DNA of 64,000 nucleotides from Nematocida ausubeli. Lineage: Eukaryota. A program made the position numbers and the translations under genes. The DNA is taken from positions 1 to 64,000 of the forward strand of contig NW_026515636.1 in NCBI RefSeq assembly GCF_000738915.1, given 5' to 3'. This document shows, one piece after another, positions 1 to 11,172 of this stretch. Numbering within the stretch: the first letter of the stretch is position 1; every line of letters begins with the position of its first letter. A model generated the notes under the pieces. It worked only from the letters and a program-made list of their open reading frames with translations. It was not told the origin of the DNA and did no database searches.

Positions 1-2550
1 ATTGGAAACCAGAATGGATACATGTACAACAAGCGGTTTTTTTCTTCTGAAATAGACACAGACTATATACTTTCTAAGAAAGAAATATCTGATGAAAACG
101 AACAAGAGTACAACTTTAAAAGAAAGCCAGTGAATGACAGAGTACACAAAGACATGGACACAAAAACCCCAGAAGGCAGGTATCTTAGCATGTATCACAC
201 CCTGCTGATAAAGATGTTTCCGTCTGCAGATGGAGACCTCTCCATTGAGGCAGGAAGGTCAAATGCACTTACAAACTTCCTAAGAGCAGATCATGTTAAA
301 AAGGACACAAAGTACATCCTCGCTGCGCTGCTGCTGCTCTCAGAGGGCGTTGACATTAAAATAGCAGTAGACTACAAAGGAAAGAAAAATAATCTTGTCA
401 TAAAAAGTAAGACGTGCAAGAAAAAAGTATTTGTAAATGTAGAAATGCATACTGCAGGTATAGACCCAGTTACTAATGAGCACAGTGAAAACATCTACCA
501 AAGTGAGGCGGCTGGAATTGTTAAGTTCTATATGCAGTGCAAAGACAATTCATTGCTAAAGAAAGGAGGTGAGTTTGCAATGCCAGCCACAAAAGAAGAG
601 TTTGAAAGTGGAAAGTTTCTGAACAATGCAGCCTTCCTTATACAGACATACATCTACGAGTTCATTGACACAGCAGAAGACTACAAGGACTTTGTGAATG
701 CAGCGCATGAACTACTGGTTGACCAAGTAACTGAAAAGGAGAACCCCGAGCAGACTAAGAAGAAGGGCAAGAAGGGCAGAATATTTGATGAGCTTTTCGT
801 TGCAAAAGAAGAACTTAGTGAAAATATAAAGTACATTGAAAAATTCTATAGCTTTATAAAAACTATAAATGAGAATACTAATTTTCCCTTCTGCAATGCT
901 AATCAGCTGCCGAAGTATACTAGAGTGCCGCGTTGTAAACTAGACAAGTCTGGCTTTGAGAAGGACCAAGCCTTATACTATAGCAACTGTGTAGAGACGG
1001 CTCTGCTTGGGTTGTTCTGCTGCCTAGCATATAATTCAGAGACAGGAAAGTACGAAACTAGCCACATGGGAGAGGGAGTAAGCAATGAGTTGGGAGACTT
1101 CTTTGGAGACTATCCTAAGCCAACAGAAACCACAAACTTTGAAATGCACAAACGATGGAGTAAAGTTGTTGCTTGCTTAAAGAATGAAAAGATTGACTAC
1201 GTGCAGAGTAGAAATGAACTTTTCCCTGGGGTTGAAAATATATTTCTGGCAATTGCAGAAATAACAGGCAAGAAGAAAGAAATACTAAAGTTAGTTGAAT
1301 GTATAGAGAATATATGCAGAACAGGAGAATTAGATAATAAGCAAAAGGAATACATATCGAATAAGATAGAATCAATTATTAAGGCTTTGTCAAAGAATAA
1401 GAATGTGAGAGTAGAGTGCAAACAAATGAGACTTGAGACAAGACCAAATGGAAAGGCAGATATTTTCGCTGAGATTAACATTATTTATACTTTTGATGAA
1501 GAGCAGGATAAAATTTCTTTAGATATAAAAAAAGGACATGCAAATCTTGTTCTTCTTCGATCTTTAGGGAATAACTCTTCACAAATTAAAGAAGAGTATG
1601 AAGAAGTAAAAAATACTTGCAGTGGTGTAGACAGCTATTTAGGATACATTGCGAATCAGTACGTTAGTGTGGAGTTCGATTCTTTAAATAATAATCGCGC
1701 AGGTCTTTCAAATAATCTTAGAAAAACCATAAAATCAACTATACAGGAAGAATCTAAAGGTATATCTAGAATATTCTTATTCGGAAGGATTTCTGACATC
1801 AATGTTAAAAGCGCTATTATGAATATTTTTATAGACAGTACTATAGACAAAGAGGTAAGCTCAACTAGCTCCATGAAGCGGTTTACAGCAAACATTTTAG
1901 GAAGTGTTCCTCTCAATGATCCTGGAACAAGATATATGATGCTAAAGCACTTCCCATTTCACACAAGCTGGCAAGAATACTATCCAAGGCTTGGATTTAA
2001 GCCATTGGAGCCTATCCCAAAAGAAGATTGTATTTGGAATCAAATAGGAACATACGAGATGTGCGATGCTCTACTAGATCTCCCAGCGCCCATTGCATTA
2101 CAAGCCGCATGCAACTATCTTATAGCAGCTGCGAATATCTTACATGTAGGGTTTTTAGGATTAGAGTGCATAACTTTAATGTGTATATTTGAACATATCA
2201 TGTCTAATGGGGAAGTAAATAACTTGGTGAAAGCCCAATCCATTCTCAAAGAATCTATGGATGACTATAATTTAAATCAGGTATATATTCCATGGTTTAT
2301 CCATACATGTGATATGGCTCGTAGAGTCTCACCTGAATTTGTTAAGAAAGTTTACGACTCTATACTCTTTGATAATTATCCAGAACCATTTGTGTGTTCA
2401 GATCGAATAGAATACCGTATGGAATTTTCTAGAAACTGTCTAAATCTTTTAAAAGCAAATAAAGGTTTCTTCTGCTCAGGCTCAAAGGATGAAAGCAAAG
2501 GCATAGAAAAGTATGATGGGCTGGTAGCATACTTGTCGAGATTCAATTGA
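1..2550 (+). CDS. Nematocida large-gene-family (NemLGF1-like) protein, 5'-truncated by the window edge
   Basis: The frame is open from base 1 (IGNQNGYMYNKRFFS). It shares the blocks GYMxNKRF, ILAALLLLSEG, FLIQxYxxEF, LxGLFCC, HxxWSxVV and NExxxGxxN with 13711..17517 and 23155..25893. The family name is from recall only. Confidence 0.75.
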   Translation: MGNQNGYMYNKRFFSSEIDTDYILSKKEISDENEQEYNFKRKPVNDRVHKDMDTKTPEGRYLSMYHTLLIKMFPSADGDLSIEAGRSNALTNFLRADHVKKDTKYILAALLLLSEGVDIKIAVDYKGKKNNLVIKSKTCKKKVFVNVEMHTAGIDPVTNEHSENIYQSEAAGIVKFYMQCKDNSLLKKGGEFAMPATKEEFESGKFLNNAAFLIQTYIYEFIDTAEDYKDFVNAAHELLVDQVTEKENPEQTKKKGKKGRIFDELFVAKEELSENIKYIEKFYSFIKTINENTNFPFCNANQLPKYTRVPRCKLDKSGFEKDQALYYSNCVETALLGLFCCLAYNSETGKYETSHMGEGVSNELGDFFGDYPKPTETTNFEMHKRWSKVVACLKNEKIDYVQSRNELFPGVENIFLAIAEITGKKKEILKLVECIENICRTGELDNKQKEYISNKIESIIKALSKNKNVRVECKQMRLETRPNGKADIFAEINIIYTFDEEQDKISLDIKKGHANLVLLRSLGNNSSQIKEEYEEVKNTCSGVDSYLGYIANQYVSVEFDSLNNNRAGLSNNLRKTIKSTIQEESKGISRIFLFGRISDINVKSAIMNIFIDSTIDKEVSSTSSMKRFTANILGSVPLNDPGTRYMMLKHFPFHTSWQEYYPRLGFKPLEPIPKEDCIWNQIGTYEMCDALLDLPAPIALQAACNYLIAAANILHVGFLGLECITLMCIFEHIMSNGEVNNLVKAQSILKESMDDYNLNQVYIPWFIHTCDMARRVSPEFVKKVYDSILFDNYPEPFVCSDRIEYRMEFSRNCLNLLKANKGFFCSGSKDESKGIEKYDGLVAYLSRFN

Positions 2551-2660
2551 TGAGGGCGTGAAGCCTAATTCCTGTGTCAGCAGTATAAGTTGATGCTAGC
2601 CATTGACTTCCGGAGATTTTCCTGCAGAAAAGCACGCTACAAGGGGATATACTTACTTAC
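2549..2660 (+). repeat. Dispersed ~110 bp 3'-end module, copy A
   Basis: Collinear similarity to 9617..9735 (agggc..tgaa.cct, ttgatg, cttccgg, cacgctacaagg, cttac). Confidence 0.7.
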
Positions 2661-3221
2661 ATATAATTCATTTTGAATGGGTTGCACTTTTAGCCTTTCT
2701 CCATTCAAGGGCGAATAGCTAACGAGGCTTCGGGTAGTATGACGAAAGACATCTTTCAGATGCTTCTGTTTTTGTCTAGAAAACTCTATTCTGGCCGGGC
2801 ATAAATAAAGGACAGGAAATAAATTTATTCTATATTTTTGTATGATTGAGTGTAGCGATTCATAAAGAGAGAAATAAGCTATACTTCAAAACAAATTTTT
2901 AGTCTTAAGATTTATATTTGAATATAACCCGAACCCGATGTATCTACAACAAAATAGCGAGAAAACTATTTTATCGCATTTTCCTAACATACTTAAAATG
3001 TAAAAGCTTTTCATTAACATAGGTTTATTAAAATTAAATAAATTTCTGACTTAACAAACCTGCAGTTATATCCATCCTCTATACCAACTACGAAGAAGTA
3101 GAATTAAAAATAAAACAAAAAGAAAAGAATTTTAGCTTTACTTCACATACAAGTAAAAACACAGCAAAACAGAGCCAACTGCACTTTATTTTCTTGAATA
3201 TAATCTGAATAACCCAAGGCC

Positions 3222-4658
3222 CTAGCTAGATGCAGAACTATATATTCTAGAATTATGTCTTTCCAACACCTCTTCTGCACGGGTCAATGCATCACTTTTC
3301 ACAGAAACAACTTCTTTCTGCTCTGCATACTTGCTTTCTGCTGCATCGTATGCTATGTACGCTTCATGTCTTTCTATTGCCCCAGATATAACGTCTTTCT
3401 GTAGATTACAGATATCACTACTCTTGCGAATAAACCTTTCTAGACTTTCTATATGCTTTGTGTGCCCTTCTAATATCTTGTTTAGTGCCTCTGACTCTTT
3501 TCCTTCGTTATTCTTTTTAAAATACTCTGCCTCTTTTTCTCTCACAAAAAGCTGCAACTTTTCTTTCTCATATATTTTTTTATACATCTCTAAAGTGTAC
3601 TCTAATATAATAATTAAATTTTTCTCCATGTCTACTACACTTGAATAGTATCTGGCGCTGTCTTCTCTTGAATTATAAACAGTTTTTTGCATTTTTTCTA
3701 TGCATTTAAGACGCGGCTTGTTCTTTTCTTTTTCGGTTTCTAGGATATTACTTAGCTCTTTTATCTCTTTCAGCAGCACGCCACTACTTTTTATTTCGCT
3801 GCTGCACTCAAGGCGTATGGTAGGGGCTATTTGAGCATTTATAGGTGAGGTGCAGTACTTGTTAACCTCTTGTGTTATAGAACTTAATTCTTCATAAACC
3901 GAATCATATTCCCACTTAGACTCTATATAACTTGCTTCCACCCTCGCAAACTCTTTATTCTTATTCTGAAAGATACTTTGAGATAGCTCTGCGGCTCTAC
4001 CCAGCTCTTCTAGACAGGCTACCTCTTTTTCATATTCTTTTTCAGCTATATCCACAGCCTGCTTAGCAAGATCTCGCTTTCTTTTCTCTTCTTCTATAGA
4101 AAGAGGGGGTTTTCTTTCGTCTAGCATAGGTGCATCTAACAGATCTGAACTTCCACAAATAGTGGCATCACTAGTTTCTTGTCTATCTAGCGCGTGTTCG
4201 TCTTCTGTTTTTTCACTCTTTCTCTCTTCTATTTCTTTCCCATTCAACCCAAGCACACCAGTGTTTGTCCCCTCTATTTTTTTTTCTCGTTTACCTTTGC
4301 TAGTCTTTTCTTTCAATTTCTCTGCTGCCTCATCATCTGCGCTTACACCTACTGTGCTTACACATGCGGTATTTGCGTTTGTCTTAGATGTGCTGTCACT
4401 TTCTGAGCTGACTGTATCTGCTTTCTTTGCTTCTTTTTTTACTGCGGGCTGGTTTCTTATCTTCCCCCTTTTCCTTCCCATACTGTGTAAAGAAGGAGGT
4501 AATGCGCTCTTTTTCCCACCCTGCCATGCATTCTGCAGAGCATCTGTGCGCACGCCCAAATATATTCCGAATACTGCCAGTCCAAGTATAATAATGCCAA
4601 CAGCAGAGACTTTTGCGATAATATCTTTCTTATGCATTGCCTCCATCCAGGCTTTCAA
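3222..4658 (-). CDS. N-terminally membrane-anchored coiled-coil protein (lineage-specific family)
   Basis: 478 aa ORF with a TM segment near the N-terminus and a disordered linker. AVDIAEKEYEKE, REKEAEYFKK and AYIAYDAA blocks are shared with 5512..6894. Confidence 0.8.
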   Translation of the reverse strand: MKAWMEAMHKKDIIAKVSAVGIIILGLAVFGIYLGVRTDALQNAWQGGKKSALPPSLHSMGRKRGKIRNQPAVKKEAKKADTVSSESDSTSKTNANTACVSTVGVSADDEAAEKLKEKTSKGKREKKIEGTNTGVLGLNGKEIEERKSEKTEDEHALDRQETSDATICGSSDLLDAPMLDERKPPLSIEEEKRKRDLAKQAVDIAEKEYEKEVACLEELGRAAELSQSIFQNKNKEFARVEASYIESKWEYDSVYEELSSITQEVNKYCTSPINAQIAPTIRLECSSEIKSSGVLLKEIKELSNILETEKEKNKPRLKCIEKMQKTVYNSREDSARYYSSVVDMEKNLIIILEYTLEMYKKIYEKEKLQLFVREKEAEYFKKNNEGKESEALNKILEGHTKHIESLERFIRKSSDICNLQKDVISGAIERHEAYIAYDAAESKYAEQKEVVSVKSDALTRAEEVLERHNSRIYSSASS

Positions 4659-5511
4659 CTATTCTCTTCTTATATGTGCGCATAAATTAATCATTTAGAT
4701 TCTTGCTATAATATTGACCAGTAAATTTGCATATTTATATTTCATTATAAATATGACACGAATAGCCCGAGTTTTTACCCCGTGAATAAAATTTAATAAA
4801 AGTGAAAATGACATCAGGGGTTTATTTATTACCCCATACATAGCCAGAAATTACTTGCACACAAGTGTATTCTCAGATAAAGCCCTGATATGCACTGCTT
4901 CTCATCACATACAGACCACTCAGACATGGAACTACAGCGTTCTCTACCACTCTCAGCCTTCATAGCATTTTTTAGCTCTTATCTAAATTAAAATATTTAT
5001 CTTTTAGAAATCCTCTCTCTTTCTTGTTATTCCTGATATTTATGGAAGCACAGAATAAAACGTGCACAATGAGTATAGCTCCACTGCGTGTGGTGCTAGA
5101 TAGCCTGCACTTTGATACTCTATGCCTTATATAATCTAAATTCTTACACATTTCTCTCATTTATGCTTTAAACCATCTCTATATAAAATAGATCATTTGA
5201 ATTCTTGTTCTAGTATTACTCATACAAAGAGCATCTCTGTACCTCTTAGCAAGCACAACTCAAATAGCTAGTTCGAATCCTTGGCCATAAATAAGTTTTA
5301 GTAAAAGTAAAATAAAAATAGCATAAGAGGTTTAGTTATTACTACACACAGCTCAAAATTACTGCCAGCACACACCCCATATTATCCGATTCCTAGAGAC
5401 CTGAGGAACTCTGCTTCCTAGCGCATAAGGCTGCTTAGACATGACACTGCTGCATTCTCTGCTGCATTCTCTGCTGGTTATTCGGGTTATTTGGGTTATA
5501 TGCGATAAAGA

Positions 5512-6894
5512 CTAAACTCGGGTCACAAGTCGGTATTGAGATCCGCTTAAAGTATATTCCCTCAGCTTGTTCTCTGCTTTACACAGAGCCTTCTCTGCTC
5601 TGTTTACATTTATCTCTTGCCTTTCAAACGCGCTTTTTGCTATATCATATGCATTATATGCATTATATACTTCGATTGTTTCTGGCATGATTTCTTTCTG
5701 AATGCTGGTTATCTTTTCTATAACATCAATTCCCCCCTCCACATACACTATGTACTTTCTATGCAATTCAACCAGCTTTTTTAGCCGGTTGGTCCTCTCC
5801 TCATCCTTTTTAAAATACTCAATTTCTTTCTCGCGCGCCGAGCACATCAATTGATCTCGGGCATGCAGCCTTTTAAACATATCTAAAGTACATTCTATAA
5901 CCTGGATGGCATGTCTTTCTACCCTTACTTCATTTAAATAGTACTTTAAGGAGTCATTGATTGACTGGTGCATCATATTTTTTAGCATCTTTGCATAACT
6001 AAGCTCTAATAGGTGCATATCATTCATAATTTTTCGATCCATCTCTATAGCATCTATTTTTGCACATAGCGCGTTGATTCTTTTTATTTGTCTGTCGTAT
6101 TCAGCGTCAAGGCCAATTGGTATTTCAAGAGGATTATTGGCTTTGTAGCAAGCATTGATTTCTCTGTTTATAGCATCTATTTTTTCATAGCAAAGAATGT
6201 ATACATCAATAAGATCTTCGTATGTACTTTTAATGGTTTTTAAGCTATTATTCTTTTCTTGAAAGACCCTGGAAGCTGAATTAACAGCAGTATCCATCTC
6301 TTCTATCATTTCTAACTCCTTTTCGTACTCTTCTTCAGCTATATAGACAGCCAGTCTTGCATTCTCTATGCCATTGTCAGATTCTTCTGCTATAATTGTG
6401 GGGCTTTTTTGTTCGCCTGGTTCCGATTCAGGCTGCGGCATAGAAATGCTGCATGTACATAAGTCACTATCCACTAACTCATCTAGTATGCTTGAATCTT
6501 CTTCCTTTGTTTGCACACTATCCTGGTCTTCTTTCTCATTTGAGTCTAGCGCAGGAACAATTTTCTCTTCTTTTTTTTCTAAACTTTCTGTCTCTGTCCT
6601 TTTTTCTAATATGCACAATGCATCCAGATCAGATTTTATATTTTCTAAGATTTCATACAAATCCTTTTTATTGCTTGTGCTACTAGAGCATAAGTTGGCT
6701 TGTACATCTTCTGCTCCCACACTGTCCACTGTAATGGCTGTTCTTCCCTCGTCTGTGCACTCCAATGTGTCGGACTGCAGTTTACTTAATACTAGCGCGT
6801 CTGATGCCCTTAAATAGAGCCTAATTTCAGCAAAACCTACTAGGCCTGCTACAATCAGAAGAAAATAGCTTTTTATCTTAAAAGGCGCCATCAT
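5512..6894 (-). CDS. N-terminally anchored/secreted coiled-coil protein, paralogue of 3222..4658
   Basis: 460 aa ORF with a hydrophobic N-terminus and the blocks AVYIAEEEYEKE, REKEIEYFKK and AYNAYDIA. Confidence 0.8.
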   Translation of the reverse strand: MMAPFKIKSYFLLIVAGLVGFAEIRLYLRASDALVLSKLQSDTLECTDEGRTAITVDSVGAEDVQANLCSSSTSNKKDLYEILENIKSDLDALCILEKRTETESLEKKEEKIVPALDSNEKEDQDSVQTKEEDSSILDELVDSDLCTCSISMPQPESEPGEQKSPTIIAEESDNGIENARLAVYIAEEEYEKELEMIEEMDTAVNSASRVFQEKNNSLKTIKSTYEDLIDVYILCYEKIDAINREINACYKANNPLEIPIGLDAEYDRQIKRINALCAKIDAIEMDRKIMNDMHLLELSYAKMLKNMMHQSINDSLKYYLNEVRVERHAIQVIECTLDMFKRLHARDQLMCSAREKEIEYFKKDEERTNRLKKLVELHRKYIVYVEGGIDVIEKITSIQKEIMPETIEVYNAYNAYDIAKSAFERQEINVNRAEKALCKAENKLREYTLSGSQYRLVTRV

Positions 6895-7346
6895 TAAACT
6901 TTAGTATTATTCGGAAACTTAGCTCTTTAAATATCTTTGAGATTATTCAATTGTCTATTTCGGTATAATTGGAAAAATAATTAATAAATGGCCTTTTTAT
7001 TCCAACAAACATCCTTATTCTATTGTTATTGCTATTAGTTTACTTCAAGTTTTCCGGTTATATGCTATAATTGAAAATCATTTGTATTTTTATTTTAATA
7101 CTTTTCTGTGGATATAACTCAGTGAAGAATTTACAATATAGCGGCATACAATTGAACTAGCTATAATATAACTCTGGCTACTGCTCTTTAGTGTCCTAGC
7201 AAGTACTTTAGTTAAAGCAGCCTATTTCTACAGGCTCGCGCGCAAAAAGTATTAGCGCACAATTTTTAAATAACTTTATTAAAGCTTACTTATCAATGTA
7301 TGAGTTAATTGAATAATCTTTTAATTAATCCAAGCCTTTACATACT

Positions 7347-8845
7347 CTACTTGTTGTCTTTAACGCACACTATAGGTTCTATCTCATCAAACAGTTTTGC
7401 TAGACTTACTTTACATCCCCATCTAAGAGAATAGTCTTTGAAGTCATTCCCAGATTTTATTATTTGAAATAAGGCATAGCATTCTTTTACCAGAGTATGC
7501 CATTTGCCGTGCTTAAATTGGACTATACCCAGAATAATCCACAGCAAAAACTGGTTACTATGTCTCATATAATCAAAAACCTGAATTGCTTTTTCTGTTT
7601 TCTTCATAGACTTAGCGATTTCAATGATGTGCTGCGCAGTGGTTCCATCCCGTGTCAAAATCTTGACAAATAAATCCTCTGCTTTAGGCATACCACTGAG
7701 TTTTTTAGCAAAAGATTCCAATTCTGAATAGTAACTATCTTTCAGGCAATTTCTTCGGCAATTAATCATTAGGTCTTTAATTATATCAGCATATCCTATA
7801 TCTAATGCAAAGTTTGTGCTTTTTGCAAAGTGTAGTACTTCTTCTATTGTCTCCATAAAAATTTTCGGATCTTTATATGCACTCTTATCAATGCATATAT
7901 GTGAATGGTACCTATCTTCCAACCCCAAACTAAGCAACAAAAAAATCATATCTCTATCCTTTTTATCCATGGACTGTGCGCTTCCCATGATGTTATATGC
8001 TAGTTGCATAGGGTAGTTGGTAGTTCGGCTTTTATCAGGCATTGCATATAGCAGAGCCCCGAATACAATGCTTCTTTTATAGTTTGATCTGTGGATTTGT
8101 GGATCAAGTAGGAAAGTATCGATATCATTGTACTTGTTCCCATGGAGAAGAGTGGGCTGCGTCTTTTCATCTGGGTTAGAGCAGCTTTTGCTCTCTGCTT
8201 TAAGATTGCTACCTCTCTGTATACTTCTATTTATATAGGAGTTAAGCGTCTCTATATTAAATGGCACTGCATCTTCTACTTCCTTGCTTATCCTATGCAT
8301 TTTAAAATGGGATTTCCATTTCAGCTTATTTCTTTCTTTATTATACTCAGGATGGACATCAAATTCATATAAATAGTAACCGGAAATTTTTGCATTCCTC
8401 TTTTGATTGTCATGCACGTGTACACCTCCAAATATATCATTATACGCTTTCTCAATCATATTTATATCTCTTATATGTATGCGAATAGAAATACTCTTAC
8501 TTAGTGTAATTTTCGTAATTACTTTTGTCAGATATTTTTTTATATTGTTTACTAGTTCGGTTTCAGCACTTCCTCTTGCACAATATAACTTTTATATAAC
8601 AAGTCAATATCCATTAGTTCCTGTATCTTTAGCTTGATTTCATCTGCTTTTTCTCTGTTTTCTCCTTCTTTAAGTTTCTCTCCAAGGATTCTTATGGTCT
8701 TCAGTCTTTTCACATCAATCACGCCTAATATTTGTAATTTCATTTCATTTTTCTCTTCTTCAGTAGCGTTTGCATCTTCTGTAAGCTTCTTATAAAGACT
8801 TTTTACTTCCAATAAAAACGGCAGTATTTTTTACACGCAAGGCAT
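7347..8845 (-). pseudogene. Probable disrupted gene (or a 370 aa hypothetical protein at 7347..8459 with a degraded 5' part)
   Basis: The frame of 7347..8459 stays open up to 8591 and overlaps the coding-like ORF 8552..8812 in another frame. That ORF has an in-frame ATG at 8845 followed by TAA at codon 5. Confidence 0.5.
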
Positions 8846-9616
8846 TAAGAATGGTTTGGTTATTTGGATAAGTATGTTAAAGTTAAATTTAAACCAAGCT
8901 ATTTAAAGAGTTGAGTTTTTGAATAGATAATAAATTTTAACAATGATTTCTTGTAAGAAATCAAGTCTGTTTGTAGCAAAACTTCAATTTTTCTTAAACC
9001 CTTCGGGCTATATAAAATACATGCAAAATAGAATAATTGCGCCTGAGCTGTCTAAAACTAAGAAGTGTAGCTTGGCCACAGAACAAAGTGTGGCCTAGTG
9101 AAGAGAGCATACTAGCAAAGACAAACTCACAGTGCAAGAAGCAGCCACAAACACTCTCAAGGTATCAATAAAAGCTCTCTGATATAAAGAACTTTTCTTC
9201 TTCAGTTACTATTTGTAGGATAAAGTGCTTTCTTTACTATAATCCACCACTATTTATCTGCTCGCTTTGTCCTTTTATTTTTTTCTAATTCCTCCATGTG
9301 TTTTTATTCTCCTATATATTGGGAAATAAAGTGTATACTCCATATAGTGAAGCAATTTATTTTACATAGATATAAAAAGAGAAATAAAGCAGTAGAGGCA
9401 GAGAAAAGAAGAAAAGTAGCACATTCCAAAGAACCATCACTCGTCAGACATGAAGAGAGAAACGAGAAGAAACAGAGAGAGCAGCATACTCTAGGTAAGT
9501 AGAGAACGAAACAAGCATTTATTGACAGCTATACACACACTCGTATACACTCATCATAATAATCTGTATTATACACCATAGAGCTATATAGAGATACTGT
9601 TGGCTTTCCTTACCTC

Positions 9617-9735
9617 AAGGGCATTGAAACCTGCTTCCCGGATTAGCAAAAGTAGATTGATGTTGGTCTTTTCCTTCCGGTTTTGTCTGTAGACTAACAC
9701 GCTACAAGGAGCTCTAATTGCTTACGCGACACATA
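9617..9735 (+). repeat. Dispersed ~110 bp 3'-end module, copy B (orphan)
   Basis: Collinear similarity to 2549..2660, with no intact gene upstream. Confidence 0.7.
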
Positions 9736-10164
9736 ATAGTGATCTATGTTTGTGTAATACAAAGTCTTAAATTACAATCTAATGTGATAATATTGTTTTG
9801 TTGTGTAAACAAACTTTAGTAAGTATCCACTTTACAAACCATATAGATGATGAGAAATAAATTATATCCAAGTTTAGTATGACTAAGTCTAATATTTTAA
9901 AAAGAAAAATTCAGCTGATACATTGTCTGCGCATCCATCACATTATACGCATGCATAGCATAAAGGCAGCTCTGTTAAACATCCTCTGGATACACTCTGA
10001 GTTGAGCTTTATTTTTATTTTTCTCTGACTATGCACATATTGAAGGAATAGGCTAATAGTGCACAGACACTGTAATTGCCTACTACCACTCAACTCTCTT
10101 ATTTAGACCGTTTTAATGAGCACATAAGTACTTTAGCTATATTAGAGCATCTGTACTTGCCCGC

Positions 10165-11172
10165 CTAGTCAGACTTAAAAGTTTTTGGCATAGTGCACTT
10201 AACATCGCTAAATAGCGTAGATAGATCCCGTATAGGCCGTCTGAGATCTGTTTTTTCGTCTTCAGATATGCAGAGACAGAGATAATCATTTGCTTTTGCT
10301 AATAGCTTAGAAATTGAATCAGTCTCCTGATTATAGATATTCTTTAGCAAATTTAAATTTTTAGCTATATTATTCATATTTTCCGCATTTTTTTCTATAT
10401 ATGTCTCCGTATAATGAATGTTTTCTTCTTTTATACTTTCATTAGTTTGATCTCCTGTGACCAGAACATAGTATGCTTCTAGGTTCCGCTCATATTCTAG
10501 TTCTTTCTTCATTACTTTGTCCACTAAAATTGCCTTGGCATCTGTGAGGCTTAAATATTTTAAATTCATTTTCATTTCTTTCCAGCATAACCACTTGAAT
10601 TCTATCAGCGCCGATAGATAAATAATGTAGAGCTCCTTTGAGCCATATTTACGCGTATCTGCATGATCCAGATCTATCTTACCTTCAATTAATATTTTCC
10701 TTTTATCTATAATCTTATTCAAACAGGAATCTTTTTTTAAGTTCAGACCCTCAATTTCATTCAGCTGGCCATTATATTCTGTTTTTTTGTATTTTGCTAT
10801 TGGGTAGTTCCTTATACTGCAAAAATCGCATGTCTCGACTATACCAGGGATGGCAGACTTGATTGCTTTGTATATTTCGCCTATTTTATTATTCCTCAAA
10901 TCGCTACAGACTGCCTCACTGTCTACTTCAATAAAAGCCTTTACAGCTGCACTTGTCGGATCATTGGAACCTGTTAGTAGGTTTATTATTTTTTCTCCCA
11001 GAATTCGGGTTATATCGGGTTTTACATCTGTAGGAATATTATAATGAGCATGCTTTTCTATTAATGGTTTTTTATCTTGAAAAAGATACAAAACAACTAT
11101 ACCGAAGAGAAGAGACATCCCAATAAGAGCGAAAAGCGGGGACACTATATTGTCTACAAATTTATCTACCAT
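10165..11172 (-). CDS. Hypothetical protein with an N-terminal TM anchor; possible distant member of the coiled-coil family
   Basis: 335 aa ORF with TM segment PLFALIGMSLLFGIVVLYLF. KKELEYE resembles the REKExEY block. Confidence 0.7.
   Translation of the reverse strand: MVDKFVDNIVSPLFALIGMSLLFGIVVLYLFQDKKPLIEKHAHYNIPTDVKPDITRILGEKIINLLTGSNDPTSAAVKAFIEVDSEAVCSDLRNNKIGEIYKAIKSAIPGIVETCDFCSIRNYPIAKYKKTEYNGQLNEIEGLNLKKDSCLNKIIDKRKILIEGKIDLDHADTRKYGSKELYIIYLSALIEFKWLCWKEMKMNLKYLSLTDAKAILVDKVMKKELEYERNLEAYYVLVTGDQTNESIKEENIHYTETYIEKNAENMNNIAKNLNLLKNIYNQETDSISKLLAKANDYLCLCISEDEKTDLRRPIRDLSTLFSDVKCTMPKTFKSD

Noticed and set aside
2649..2800. U1 snRNA-like words (ATACTTAC, TTGCACT loop, TTTTTG)
   Set aside because: There is no ACCTG splice-site complement, no U1-70K loop and no proper Sm site. 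The 5' word is degenerate in the second copy of the module.
5240..5290. tRNA B-box-like GTTCGAATCC
   Set aside because: No acceptor, D or anticodon stems can be built around it.
8943..9096. Small inverted repeats TGATTTCTT-GT-AAGAAATCA and GGCCACA..TGTGGCC
   Set aside because: They are short and isolated, with no supporting context.
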